DNA of 64,000 nucleotides from Kiritimatiellia bacterium. GTDB lineage: Bacteria > Verrucomicrobiota > Kiritimatiellia > UBA8416 > YA12-FULL-48-11. Below the pieces are notes generated by a model. The model searched no databases, had not been told where the DNA came from, and saw only the letters and a program-made list of their open reading frames with translations. Position numbers and translations under genes: made by a program. Shown here piece after piece: positions 34,753 through 44,301 of this stretch; the first letter of the stretch is position 1; each line of letters begins with the position of its first letter. Where the stretch lies: NCBI GenBank assembly GCA_028716365.1, contig JAQUPZ010000001.1, positions 473,205 through 537,204 on the forward strand. The letters run 5' to 3'.

Positions 34753-36014
34753 TAATATCTATACTTAATTCTGGTTTCGGTTTTACCAAATACGTTGGGT
34801 TTACTAGTTACCGCTTTACCAATATCCCGTCCGTATTGATCCTTGATAATGGTTTCAGTTTCTCCAAATACGTTAGGCTTGCTTGAGACTGCCTTTCCAG
34901 TAGTTTTTCCATGTGTATCCTTGATAATAGTTTCAGTCTTTCCAAAAACATCTGGTTTACTTGTAGTAGCCTTTGCCACGGCTTTCCCATATTGATCTTT
35001 GATAACTGTTTCAATTTTACCAAATACGTCAGGTTTACCTGTTACGGCTTTTCCGATTGTTCGTCCGGATCGGTCCTTTATGGCGGTTTGAGTTTCACCA
35101 AATGCATTAGGCTTGCTTGTTGTATTCTTTCTTATTGTTTGTCCATATTGATCTTTTATTTCCGTTTCAATTTCTCCAAAGACATTGGGCTTATGGGAAA
35201 TTGCTTTGTATTGATTGTTGTTCAAGGTTGAACTGCAAGTGTTAATCCCTGACCGAGGCAGTACAGTTCCATTTTGCTTATGATCCCTGACGCTTGTTCC
35301 AGGCAGAACAGGATAATTCGTAACTGTTGGGGTAATTGAAGGCAGGTAAGAAGCAGGAGTTAAACTGTATGAAGCTATTGGAGGCTGATAAGAACCGGGC
35401 GTTTGGCTATATGAAGCTATGGCGGTCTGATAAGAATATGGAGATTGACTGTATGAAGCTACGGTAGGCTGGTAAGAGGCAGGCGTCTGGCTATATGAAG
35501 TAATTTCGGATTGATAAGAATCCAGGGGTTGGCTGTAAGACGCTATCGGAAGCTGATAAGAATCGGGAGGTTGACTGTATGGCGCAATTGCGGGTTGGTA
35601 AGAGGCTGGAGTGAGACTGTATGAAACTATCTCAGACTGGTAAGAACCAATAGGTTGGCTATAGGAACCTATCGGAGGTTGGTATGAATCGGGAGTAATA
35701 CTGTAGGATGTTATTACAGGTTGATATTTTTTTGCCTCGATAGTTCGTTGTGCCATTACTTCTCTATACTCCTGTACTTTTTGCGGAGAATAATTAAAAC
35801 GCTTTTGAAGATGTTCCGGCAAATCCTGTAAACGAATACCTGCTCCTGCTGTTTTAGAATCTTCTGTGTAAGTAATAAAAACATGAGTTGGATTCACGAT
35901 TACTACCTGGGCATTTTCGTAAACACCGCCCAAATTATCAGTAATGGTTTCGGAGAGGCATAGGAGGGGGAAAAAACAGGTTAAGCAAAGAATGATGAAT
36001 CGAACTCTTTTCAT
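34752..36014 (-). CDS. Secreted protein with 9x14-aa Ser/Tyr/Pro/Gln repeats and 5.6x26-aa repeats
   Basis: Signal peptide; SYSQxPxSYQxxIA x9 (35331-35708); KPxVFGxTETxIKDxxGxxxGKAxTS (34755-35192). Confidence 0.85.
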   Translation of the reverse strand: MKRVRFIILCLTCFFPLLCLSETITDNLGGVYENAQVVIVNPTHVFITYTEDSKTAGAGIRLQDLPEHLQKRFNYSPQKVQEYREVMAQRTIEAKKYQPVITSYSITPDSYQPPIGSYSQPIGSYQSEIVSYSLTPASYQPAIAPYSQPPDSYQLPIASYSQPLDSYQSEITSYSQTPASYQPTVASYSQSPYSYQTAIASYSQTPGSYQPPIASYSLTPASYLPSITPTVTNYPVLPGTSVRDHKQNGTVLPRSGINTCSSTLNNNQYKAISHKPNVFGEIETEIKDQYGQTIRKNTTSKPNAFGETQTAIKDRSGRTIGKAVTGKPDVFGKIETVIKDQYGKAVAKATTSKPDVFGKTETIIKDTHGKTTGKAVSSKPNVFGETETIIKDQYGRDIGKAVTSKPNVFGKTETRIKYRY

Positions 36015-36381
36015 AACCCTCCTCCTTCTAATCTTTACTTGTATCTTGCCAGAAGTGGATTTTTAATTGTCACTCAAATGTAAAATCGATAACTATCCAT
36101 TGGCCAACAATCTAGTGATTCTTCCGGCTCTGAAATGCATTGTTTCAACGGCCAAATAACCCAAGTGCCGGCATGGAATCGTGCTTTAAGCATGACCTGC
36201 TTCCTGAAAACAGGACATGAAGATCTTTGGTGATTTACAAGTTTACAGGGTCACATTTCACAATTGATGTTGGCTGGCGCAGGTTAATTGCGATAGACAG
36301 CCGAATATTTTCATGTTAATCAACAAGGCTTCCTGTAGTAAAACTGATCGAAGTTTGTTGAATTTGGGAGGAAAAATATTC

Positions 36382-38415
36382 ATGAATATTATTTTACGGT
36401 GTTTCGCCATATCAGTTATGGTTTCTTATCTGCTGATTCTGTCTTCGTGTTGCACGAAATCCACCGGAAAAATTCCTGCAAGTCTCACAGATCTTACCCG
36501 GGAAATACAGTCGGGGAAACGCCTGGTTGCACATGCCTCATGGTGGGGATTTGATCCGGATAATTCGACAAAAATACTCCAGGCCGCCATTGATTCCGGT
36601 GTCAGGAAACTGATAGTCAACAATACGGGAAGGCCGTGGGTGGTAGACAAGATCCAGCTTGCCAGTGACCAGGAAATCGTGTTTGAACGGGGAGTGGTCA
36701 TACAGGCAAAGCGCGGGTCATTCAAAGGCAAGGCCGATTCGCTTTTCACTGCATCCCTGAAAAAGAACATTACGTTGAACGGATACGGTGCTGAATTCCG
36801 TATGTGGAGGCAGGACTACGATGATCCCGGCCAATATGAACATGCTGAATGGCGGCATACGTTGAGTATCCGCAGTTGCAGCAATGTATGCGTATATGGT
36901 CTGATACTGGCGGAAAGCGGTGGAGACGGTATATATCTTGGAGTTGCCAGGCGGGGTATTACCAATAAAGACATTCACATCAAAGATGTAACCTGCATTG
37001 ACAACTATCGACAGGGTGTAAGCGTAATCAGCGCCGAGAACCTGCTCATGGAAAATTGCATCCTCAAAAACACTGCAGGTACGGCCCCGATGGCCGGAAT
37101 TGATTTCGAACCAAACATGCCGGATGAGAAACTGGTCAATTGCGTCATGCGCAACTGTGTTTCAGAGAATAACAAAGGCGGCGCCTATGAGTTTTACCTC
37201 AAGCAACTAACGGCAGCCACGACTCCAATCTCCGTCCGGCTGGAAAACTGTCGATCTGTTGGATGCCGTAGTGCTGTTGGTATATCGACTGGCGATGAAG
37301 TGGGTACAACGGCAGTTAATGGTGTGATGGAATTTGTGAACTGTACCTTTAAGGGGAGTGAAGGAACCGGAATTGCGGTTCGCGGTAAGCCCGCTGAAGG
37401 ATGCAAAATTCACTTCAAGAACTGTAAACTTCTTAACTGTCTTGCCGGTAAACCCGATCAATCACCCATACAAATTTCATCCGCGCCCTCTGGAGCCGAC
37501 AATATGGGCGGTTTGACATTCGCAAACTGCCGTATTATCGATCCTGTTGCAAGAATGCCGCTGGCATACATGGACATGAATGGAGACCGGCAACTTGTTG
37601 ATATCACGGGCCGGTTGACCGTTGAGTGTAATGGACAGACTAAGGTTTATACGCTTGATAAAAAGCAGATCGACGCATGGTTTCCGGCACAGGCAGAGAT
37701 AAAGTCTGTTCTGCCTTTTGAATTAAAAGGTATCCAGTGGCAACCGCTTGTCAGGGAAACAAAATCCGACACAATAAACAGTTGCATGGTACGTCAACGT
37801 GAGCGCGCAGGATTTCTTCTGTGGGCAGAGTCCGGCAGGGAAGTGAAGTTTGTAATTCGTGTTGAACCAGTTGGAAAAGGACATAAAACACCCGCAAAAG
37901 TAAGAATTATTACACCGTCTGGTAAAGAAACAACACTCGCAGAGGCGGTTCCCGGCCAGGACACTTCATACACGTTCAATGCGGTGGAAACCGGCGCACA
38001 CCGGTTAGTATGCGAACCCGGTTCTAACACTGCCCGGATTTCCTCATCAACCCGGCAGGTCTGCGCTTTTTCAGAGACCGGATCCATGCACCTGCTTTCC
38101 ACCATGGGTGAATTCTTTTTCTATGTTCCCGCCGGTGTTAAGGAATTTGTAGTCAAGGTTGCCGGTGATTCTCCTGGTGAACTTGTGAAGGCAATGCTTG
38201 TCAATCCGGACGGCAGTGTTGTAGAGGAAAAGGACAACATAGGAACGGCCCACAGGTTCCATGTGACCCGATCCGATACATCAAAAGGTGCGAGCTGGAG
38301 TATCCGCTTTGCTAAACCATCTCAAGCTGTACTGGAAGATTTTTATGTCAACCTGCGTGGAATTCCACCTGTACTGGCAGGTACTCGCGAGACATTGCTA
38401 ATTCCCGTGAAATAG
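36382..38415 (+). CDS. Secreted right-handed beta-helix (pectate-lyase-like) protein
   Basis: SD GGGAGG; LQAAIDSG, ESGGDGIY, NYRQGVSVISAENL, GIDFEPN. Confidence 0.8.
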   Translation: MNIILRCFAISVMVSYLLILSSCCTKSTGKIPASLTDLTREIQSGKRLVAHASWWGFDPDNSTKILQAAIDSGVRKLIVNNTGRPWVVDKIQLASDQEIVFERGVVIQAKRGSFKGKADSLFTASLKKNITLNGYGAEFRMWRQDYDDPGQYEHAEWRHTLSIRSCSNVCVYGLILAESGGDGIYLGVARRGITNKDIHIKDVTCIDNYRQGVSVISAENLLMENCILKNTAGTAPMAGIDFEPNMPDEKLVNCVMRNCVSENNKGGAYEFYLKQLTAATTPISVRLENCRSVGCRSAVGISTGDEVGTTAVNGVMEFVNCTFKGSEGTGIAVRGKPAEGCKIHFKNCKLLNCLAGKPDQSPIQISSAPSGADNMGGLTFANCRIIDPVARMPLAYMDMNGDRQLVDITGRLTVECNGQTKVYTLDKKQIDAWFPAQAEIKSVLPFELKGIQWQPLVRETKSDTINSCMVRQRERAGFLLWAESGREVKFVIRVEPVGKGHKTPAKVRIITPSGKETTLAEAVPGQDTSYTFNAVETGAHRLVCEPGSNTARISSSTRQVCAFSETGSMHLLSTMGEFFFYVPAGVKEFVVKVAGDSPGELVKAMLVNPDGSVVEEKDNIGTAHRFHVTRSDTSKGASWSIRFAKPSQAVLEDFYVNLRGIPPVLAGTRETLLIPVK

Positions 38416-38487
38416 AGATCGAGATATCTTCAAAACAAACGTAAGACCAAAGAGGATCAGGCGAATTTCCGATATATTTGGAAATAC

Positions 38488-38516
38488 TTGAGTACTAGTA
38501 ACTTTTAGGTTAAGTT
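38488..38516 (+). promoter_or_regulatory. Putative sigma70 promoter of tRNA-Pro
   Basis: TTGAGT-N17-TAAGTT, 27 nt upstream of the tRNA. Confidence 0.5.
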
Positions 38517-38543
38517 CACAATATTTCTTAGAGCTTCAAATGG

Positions 38544-38620
38544 CGGGGTGTAGCGCAGCCTGGTAGCGCGTCAGCCTTGGGCGCTGAAGGTCTCGGGTTC
38601 AAATCCCGACGCCCCGACCA
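38544..38620 (+). tRNA. tRNA-Pro(TGG)
   Basis: CGGGGTG/CGCCCCG+ACCA; TCAGC-CTTGGGC-GCTGA; GGTTCAAATCC. Confidence 0.95.
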
Positions 38621-38794
38621 CCTAAAATATTCCGTGATTAATTTTCCTGGGATTTTGGTATTTTGGATGATTCATAACAAAATGGAGGGGAAAAAGCGGG
38701 TATTGAAGGAACGGATATTTGCTGGACAAAATCGCTCCACAGGAGGATAATATATATGGGGACGGGGAGAAATGAGCAGGAAAGGAGGTGTGAT

Positions 38795-39010
38795 ATGCAT
38801 CCGATAATTACAGTAAAATCATGGGCTCATAACGTCCACATGAAACAAATGGATGAGCTGGAAGAGAATGCGACTAAGTTAATTTATGATGCCGCTTTCT
38901 GGACGCTCGTTATTTTAATAACACTGTTTGTCGCAGCGTTCTTATTTGTAATAAGTGCTCCGACCGACTTGAGCCTGAATGATCTTCCGATATATCCGTA
39001 TATGCATTAA
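38795..39010 (+). CDS. Small single-pass membrane protein
   Basis: SD AGGAGGTG; one hydrophobic helix. Confidence 0.55.
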   Translation: MHPIITVKSWAHNVHMKQMDELEENATKLIYDAAFWTLVILITLFVAAFLFVISAPTDLSLNDLPIYPYMH

Positions 39011-39255
39011 CTGGCATTCAGCGGATATGAAAAGCGGGTAAGATCTAAAGGGTGAGTGTTTTTGCATCTTAGTCGGGCAGGAGAAGTAAAGTGTCAGCTT
39101 TTAAAAAGGTTCCTGCCATTGTAAAGACGGGACATACATCCAGGTAATCTCCCGGAAAAATTATTCAGCTTTCCCTCGAAAATCTGACCAGACACTGATA
39201 TTCTGTGAATAATAGCTGGAGGATTTCACCGGCAATTTGGAATGTTATCTGGATA

Positions 39256-39882
39256 ATGACGGCAGAACCAAACAATAGAATCGGAATACTTGGAGGGACA
39301 TTTAACCCCATTCATACTGGTCATCTGATTCTTGCCCAAAGTGCACTGGAGACGTTTGACCTTGACAGGATATTTTTTATTCCCAGCGCAAAACCGCCGC
39401 ATAAAAAACCGTCCGTTCTGGCAGATGCAGAACACCGCATGGCAATGCTGGACACTGCCATTGAGGATGATATGCGTTTCGAAATGAGTGATATTGAAAT
39501 CAAACGTGGCGGACCATCTTATTCGATTGACACAGTACGTGAACTGAAAAAGATATATCCATCTGTAGAATTCCATTTCATCATTGGCGCTGATTCACTA
39601 CTCGAACTGCACCTTTGGAAAGATATCAACGATTTATTGAATCTCTGTACATTTGTGACATTCGGCCGGCCCGGCGTAAATATTGCTCAGATCCAGAAAA
39701 AAGATCTGTTCCTTGATCCGCCGTGGCCGGAAAAACTTCTGGAAAACATTGTAACCAACCGCTTGATTGATATTTCTTCGTCAGATATAAGGCACAGGAT
39801 TGCGGAATGTATGAGTATCCGTTATCTTGTGCCACGGGCAGTTGAGATGTATATTGCCGAACATAATCTGTATGTAAGGTAA
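39256..39882 (+). CDS. nadD: Nicotinate-nucleotide adenylyltransferase
   Basis: IGILGGTFNPIHTGH, PPHK, SYSIDT, IIGADS, ISSSDIR. Confidence 0.95.
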   Translation: MTAEPNNRIGILGGTFNPIHTGHLILAQSALETFDLDRIFFIPSAKPPHKKPSVLADAEHRMAMLDTAIEDDMRFEMSDIEIKRGGPSYSIDTVRELKKIYPSVEFHFIIGADSLLELHLWKDINDLLNLCTFVTFGRPGVNIAQIQKKDLFLDPPWPEKLLENIVTNRLIDISSSDIRHRIAECMSIRYLVPRAVEMYIAEHNLYVR

Positions 39883-39896
39883 CAAGGAGGACAACC

Positions 39897-40235
39897 ATCA
39901 AAGCATCTGAAATTATAAAGAGAGCGCAAAAAGTTTTAGAGGACAAGAAGGGTGAAGATATCCGTGTGTTTGATGTCAGGAAAACCTCCAGTGTTACAGA
40001 TTATTATGTTGTTGTTTCCTGTTCGAGTGCGCCACAGTTGAATGCCATGGCCGATGAGATCCAATTCCTGCTGAAAAAAGAGGGTGTACAAGCACATCGC
40101 CGTTCTGGCGATCCTGAGTCAGGCTGGATTGTGGTTGACTATTTTGATGTGGTCATACACATCTTTGCAGCTCAAACGCGTCAATACTATGCAATTGAAG
40201 AGCTGTGGGCTGGCGCTCGTCGACCGCGTCGCTGA
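39897..40235 (+). CDS. rsfS: Ribosome silencing factor, probable ATC start
   Basis: LEDKKGEDI...DYYVVVS...WIVVDYFDVVIHIF...R.YYAIEELW; SD AAGGAGG 6 nt before in-frame ATC; directly after nadD. Confidence 0.9.
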   Translation: MKASEIIKRAQKVLEDKKGEDIRVFDVRKTSSVTDYYVVVSCSSAPQLNAMADEIQFLLKKEGVQAHRRSGDPESGWIVVDYFDVVIHIFAAQTRQYYAIEELWAGARRPRR

Positions 40236-40749
40236 ATTCAATTTCGGCGGGATGTTCTTCCACAATAAACCCTTCCATGAGCAGAAGTTGGGATGCCAGG
40301 GATTGAAGTTCCTGGTCCTTTTCTGTTTTTCCGGACTGGCTTATGGCATGCAGTACTTCTTCGGATCCAACGGCCATTGCTATTGTGCTCATCTGGCTGG
40401 CGGCACTGACAGGTTTTTCTCTAAAGGACCACAAAGCTGTTCCACAAATGATAAATACAGCCGCGGCTGCACAGGCTGCCCACTGCATGTAAGCAGGCGT
40501 GAAGAAAAGGGGCTTCCGATTTGATTCTTCCCTTGCGGCTGCAAGGATTCCTGCCATGACAGCGGCGCCTGGTTCTCCGGCAGGCAATGAAGTCCTGGCC
40601 ACAGACATTACTTTTTCAATGTCGTCGCGATACTTACGACATTTTTCACATTCGACCAGATGATTGCAAAGGGTCTCAAACTCCTGTCCTGACAATTCAC
40701 CCGTTTGATTGAGCAATATCTGTTGTTGTATCTTTTCACAGTTCATTTT
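40153..40749 (-). CDS. Anti-sigma factor (zf-HC2 plus TM)
   Basis: MNCEKIQ...HLVECEKC; TM helix; downstream of ECF sigma. Confidence 0.85.
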   Translation of the reverse strand, partial: KMNCEKIQQQILLNQTGELSGQEFETLCNHLVECEKCRKYRDDIEKVMSVARTSLPAGEPGAAVMAGILAAAREESNRKPLFFTPAYMQWAACAAAAVFIICGTALWSFREKPVSAASQMSTIAMAVGSEEVLHAISQSGKTEKDQELQSLASQLLLMEGFIVEEHPAEIEFSDAVDERQPTALQLHSIDAFELQRCV

Positions 40750-40771
40750 TTCCTCCTCTTTGTGGAGGTTC

Positions 40772-41356
40772 TCAAGAGTCAAATTTTTCGTTTAATTCCC
40801 TGTAATCCTTACTCAAAATCGTCCTCATCTTGCCGAGTGCATACTGCATCCTGGCCAGGGCTGTATTTATCGACACTTTCTGTATCCGGGCTATCTCGCT
40901 GAAGGATAGTTCCGCCTGTACACGCATCAGGAAAACTTCCTTTTGCTCGGCCGGCAGAACATTTACCGCTTCATTTATTCTTACACTCAAATCCTGCAAA
41001 GCCATCCTGGTTGCGGGTTCAGGTTCATTGCTCTGCATCATTTGCCCCAGCGACAACCCTTCCTCATGTTCTTCATCCAGGCTCAGTTCCGGCTTCCTTC
41101 TCCTTATTCTGTCAATGATCACATTGTGAGCAATTCTCACAAGCCAACCGCAAAAGTTGCCATGTTTATATTTTACATGTTTCCGTATAACCCGGAGCCA
41201 CACCTCCTGAAATATCTCATCGGCTTCATCCCGGCCTTGGATCATATTTATGATAAATCCAAACAAAGGCCGGCGGTATTTTTCTATAAGAGCCTCAAGT
41301 GCATCAACTTGCCCACGCCTATACCGGATCAGCAGTTCCTTGTCAGTTACTTCCAT
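40772..41356 (-). CDS. ECF-type RNA polymerase sigma factor
   Basis: ADEIFQEVWLRV, WLVRIAHN, LPAEQKEVF, SFSEIA, NTALARMQYA. Confidence 0.92.
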   Translation of the reverse strand: MEVTDKELLIRYRRGQVDALEALIEKYRRPLFGFIINMIQGRDEADEIFQEVWLRVIRKHVKYKHGNFCGWLVRIAHNVIIDRIRRRKPELSLDEEHEEGLSLGQMMQSNEPEPATRMALQDLSVRINEAVNVLPAEQKEVFLMRVQAELSFSEIARIQKVSINTALARMQYALGKMRTILSKDYRELNEKFDS

Positions 41357-41419
41357 ATACTTGCTTGGTCCTGCGGTATCCTGCACCCTTTACTCTGTAA
41401 AACGGGGAGGGTACCTGAG

Positions 41420-42118
41420 TTATTGTACGATTTTTCGTAATTCTTCAAAAGCCTGCAGACTGAAACTCCAAACGGCAGAAGCCGTTTCCGTCATATGTAC
41501 CCCGGCAAACCGGATCATCTGTTCAATTGTGGCGGACGACACTGTTACTATCCAGATGCATATGCCAACGACATTCATAAGATATATCAGGGCATAAGAA
41601 AAAACTGCGCCATATTCATTTATGTCACTCTGATGTTGAAGGAGTGTACTTATTGTGAATGTAAAATGAAATCCCCATGTAAAGCCCACAAGCCCCAGCC
41701 AGAACAAATGATAGGCTTCAACATCATAAAAGATGGATAAAATATAATAACCAGTTATTACAATGACTGTATACAGCGGAAAGAAATACGGTGCCAGCGT
41801 GATCAGAAAATTACTTTTTGACATGGTTACGCTACCGTTATCCTTTGCCACTTTCATGCGAAATACCCTGGCACCCATCATTGTTCCCCAGAGCGCATGA
41901 GTCAATTCATGTGCCAGGACATAAGTTCTTATCGGGAGTGGCAGGATGAAATAAAGAACAATCCAGAAAAGGAATCCTCCTCCCAGGGCCCAAGCCGATA
42001 CAGGTATGGTCGTGCTGTACAAAGGTGTGATCGTATGAACCAGCGACACCACTGTCCTGGTAACCGCAAAGCATACCGGAATCAGAAGAATTCCCACAAA
42101 AAATGTCAGTATTCTCAT
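41420..42118 (-). CDS. Membrane Zn-metallopeptidase-like protein (M50B-like)
   Basis: AHELTH (HExxH) and LAPYFFP within multiple TM helices. Confidence 0.7.
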   Translation of the reverse strand: MRILTFFVGILLIPVCFAVTRTVVSLVHTITPLYSTTIPVSAWALGGGFLFWIVLYFILPLPIRTYVLAHELTHALWGTMMGARVFRMKVAKDNGSVTMSKSNFLITLAPYFFPLYTVIVITGYYILSIFYDVEAYHLFWLGLVGFTWGFHFTFTISTLLQHQSDINEYGAVFSYALIYLMNVVGICIWIVTVSSATIEQMIRFAGVHMTETASAVWSFSLQAFEELRKIVQ

Positions 42119-42237
42119 TTATATATCTATCTTCACAATTGCAATCATAGTAGTGCTCTTAATCCACGTATCCTGCGTTTTCCAGCCGGCAGTTAGATTA
42201 CGATTATGATTAAGATCAGGATAGTGAAAAAATAGGG

Positions 42238-42265
42238 TTGACCCTGAGGTTTTGGACACTATGAT
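42238..42265 (+). promoter_or_regulatory. Putative rpsT promoter
   Basis: TTGACC-N16-TATGAT. Confidence 0.55.
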
Positions 42266-42312
42266 TACACAGCTTTTGAATCGAACAAGGAAATTAAGGA
42301 GTTAGATATAAT

Positions 42313-42576
42313 ATGCCTAATATTAAAAGTGCGGCGAAAAGAGCTAAGACTTCAGAGAAGAATCGGATCAAGAACAAGGGAATTATGACCTTGATTTCCT
42401 CTCTTCGGAATGATCTGTACGATGCCATCTCGGCCGGCGACAGCACGAAAAGCCTGGAGCTCTTTAAGCAGTACTATTCAGTAATAGACAAGGCCGCGAA
42501 AAAGGGGATCATCCGGAAAACAGCAGCCAGCCGTCGCAAGTCAAGAGCTTCTTTGAGAATGGCGACCCTGAAATAG
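42313..42576 (+). CDS. rpsT: 30S ribosomal protein S20
   Basis: MPNIKSAAKRAKTSEK...IDKAAKKGII...ASRRKSR. Confidence 0.95.
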   Translation: MPNIKSAAKRAKTSEKNRIKNKGIMTLISSLRNDLYDAISAGDSTKSLELFKQYYSVIDKAAKKGIIRKTAASRRKSRASLRMATLK

Positions 42577-42645
42577 GCCTTGTTTCTTTTAATCACCGGT
42601 ATCCGCGACATATGCCGACACTCCGATATGTCAGGACGGCAAATT

Positions 42646-43176
42646 TCACCAATACTCTACAACAGCTTCGACAATCCGGTGTGCCAGGTCTTTTGATGCG
42701 GTTGGCAGAGCCAGGCGTTTGGCGGCGGCGATATCGCCCGCTGGAAAGAATGTAGCTTCCCCCTGTACCCTTTTCTTGGAAAGAATCTGGTTCGTTTTGG
42801 CTTTCTTGAAAAGTACCTCTGCTGTCAGATACAATCGATATTCCTGAGCTGTTTTCCGGCTGTCCTGTTGAAAGCTGAGAGGATGAAATGATATCTTGGT
42901 AATTATAACCTCAAGTATGGTGTCGGCAACATCCTGCCCCGCCACTTCCAGAGAACCATCCATCTGTAACTGTTGTATTGTTGCCCTGGTTGCTTCGGTT
43001 TCAACCATCGGTTCATCTGTCTTGTTAACGAAAGTTGGAACGAAAACTGTTTTGATGTCGGCTGGCAGAGTACTGCCAAGTTTATAGCCGGCGCATCCGG
43101 TCAGAACCGTGCCCAGGGCCGTAATAAAAAGCAACATGGAACAACCAAACCATACAGAGAACATTCTTTTTTTCAT
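42646..43176 (-). CDS. lptE: LPS assembly lipoprotein LptE
   Basis: Lipobox LTGC-AGYK; TVFVPTFVNKT; LAHRIVEAV. Confidence 0.8.
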   Translation of the reverse strand: MKKRMFSVWFGCSMLLFITALGTVLTGCAGYKLGSTLPADIKTVFVPTFVNKTDEPMVETEATRATIQQLQMDGSLEVAGQDVADTILEVIITKISFHPLSFQQDSRKTAQEYRLYLTAEVLFKKAKTNQILSKKRVQGEATFFPAGDIAAAKRLALPTASKDLAHRIVEAVVEYW

Positions 43177-44192
43177 TTGTTTTTCTCGAGCTCCTTTTTC
43201 AAAACATCAATACGTTCACCAGCATCTCCTGCCAGCTTAGATGACGGAAATCTTTTTGCGAAATCCTCATATGCAATAAGTGCGGCTTTCTTCTTACCCG
43301 GTGTTTTATCATAAAATACTGCCAGTTCGTAATACATGTTTGCAAGCCGTTCGTCAAGTTTGTCGCGATATTCCCTGGCCAAATCAATACTGCTGTGTTT
43401 TGGATAGTCACCCATAAAACCCGCAAAGGCAGAAAGAGCCTGCCTGCAAAGGGTTTCATCACGAATACTCTGATTTGCTGACAAATAAAGGCAATATGCT
43501 CTCCTGAAACTTGCATCAGCTGCCCGTTCACTGTTCGGATAACGGTACCTTACGGTATCATAGGCACTTATAGCGGACTGATAATCCGCCATATCTTCAT
43601 TTATTAAAGCTACATTATACTGGGCTTCCACGGAATTCTTCCAGTTTGGAGCATTCTTGACTAATGTTTCAAAAAGGGGCAGGGCCTGTTCCTGTATTTT
43701 AAAACCAGGGAAGAACAGGAACTTCATGCGTTTGGCTGTCATAAGATAATTGGCTATACGAAACTGTTTGTCGAGCGCTTCTTCGTAAGGAAACTGTCCC
43801 GCGAAATTATCAACCAGATACTGGTACTCGTCAAAAGCATCCCTGTAATCGCCCCTGTCGTATTTGATTCTGGCATAAGCCAGCTGGGCCAGGGGAGCTT
43901 CCGGTGATGTGTGCCAGCGGTGAACAAGGGCATTGAACTGTTTCATTGCCGCTTTCTGTTTGCCCTTCGCCAGCAGTTTGTTTGCGAATTCCAGTTGTTC
44001 TGCAGGAGATGACTTGGCTGGCCGGTGAAACAACAACCCCGGATCCTTTTTTTTGTGCTCATCCTTGATTTCCAGCTTACTGGTGTTCTTGAAGTCTGTC
44101 TCGTACTGGGCATGAAGAACGGGTTGGAAAACAAGAACCAGCCACAAAACACTTACTTGAAACCAAATGAATTTCCTTTTGTACATAGGCAA
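43173..44192 (-). CDS. bamD: Outer-membrane assembly protein BamD/YfiO-like TPR protein
   Basis: TPR-like helices, YPxS motifs, LANMYYELAVFY...YEDFAKRFPSS; next to lptE. Confidence 0.7.
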   Translation of the reverse strand: MPMYKRKFIWFQVSVLWLVLVFQPVLHAQYETDFKNTSKLEIKDEHKKKDPGLLFHRPAKSSPAEQLEFANKLLAKGKQKAAMKQFNALVHRWHTSPEAPLAQLAYARIKYDRGDYRDAFDEYQYLVDNFAGQFPYEEALDKQFRIANYLMTAKRMKFLFFPGFKIQEQALPLFETLVKNAPNWKNSVEAQYNVALINEDMADYQSAISAYDTVRYRYPNSERAADASFRRAYCLYLSANQSIRDETLCRQALSAFAGFMGDYPKHSSIDLAREYRDKLDERLANMYYELAVFYDKTPGKKKAALIAYEDFAKRFPSSKLAGDAGERIDVLKKELEKNK

Positions 44193-44301
44193 GTAAGCTA
44201 TAGGCGCATATATCTGCGGTCAAGCCTTGATTCCGGAGAGATTTACCGCTATTTTGTTCCCCAATTTCTTACAACACAAAAACCCGGAGGATTATTATAG
44301 T

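Noticed and set aside
34484-34789. 101-aa minus-strand ORF as a transposase
   Set aside because: It lies within the MITE and has no DDE or HUH motif.
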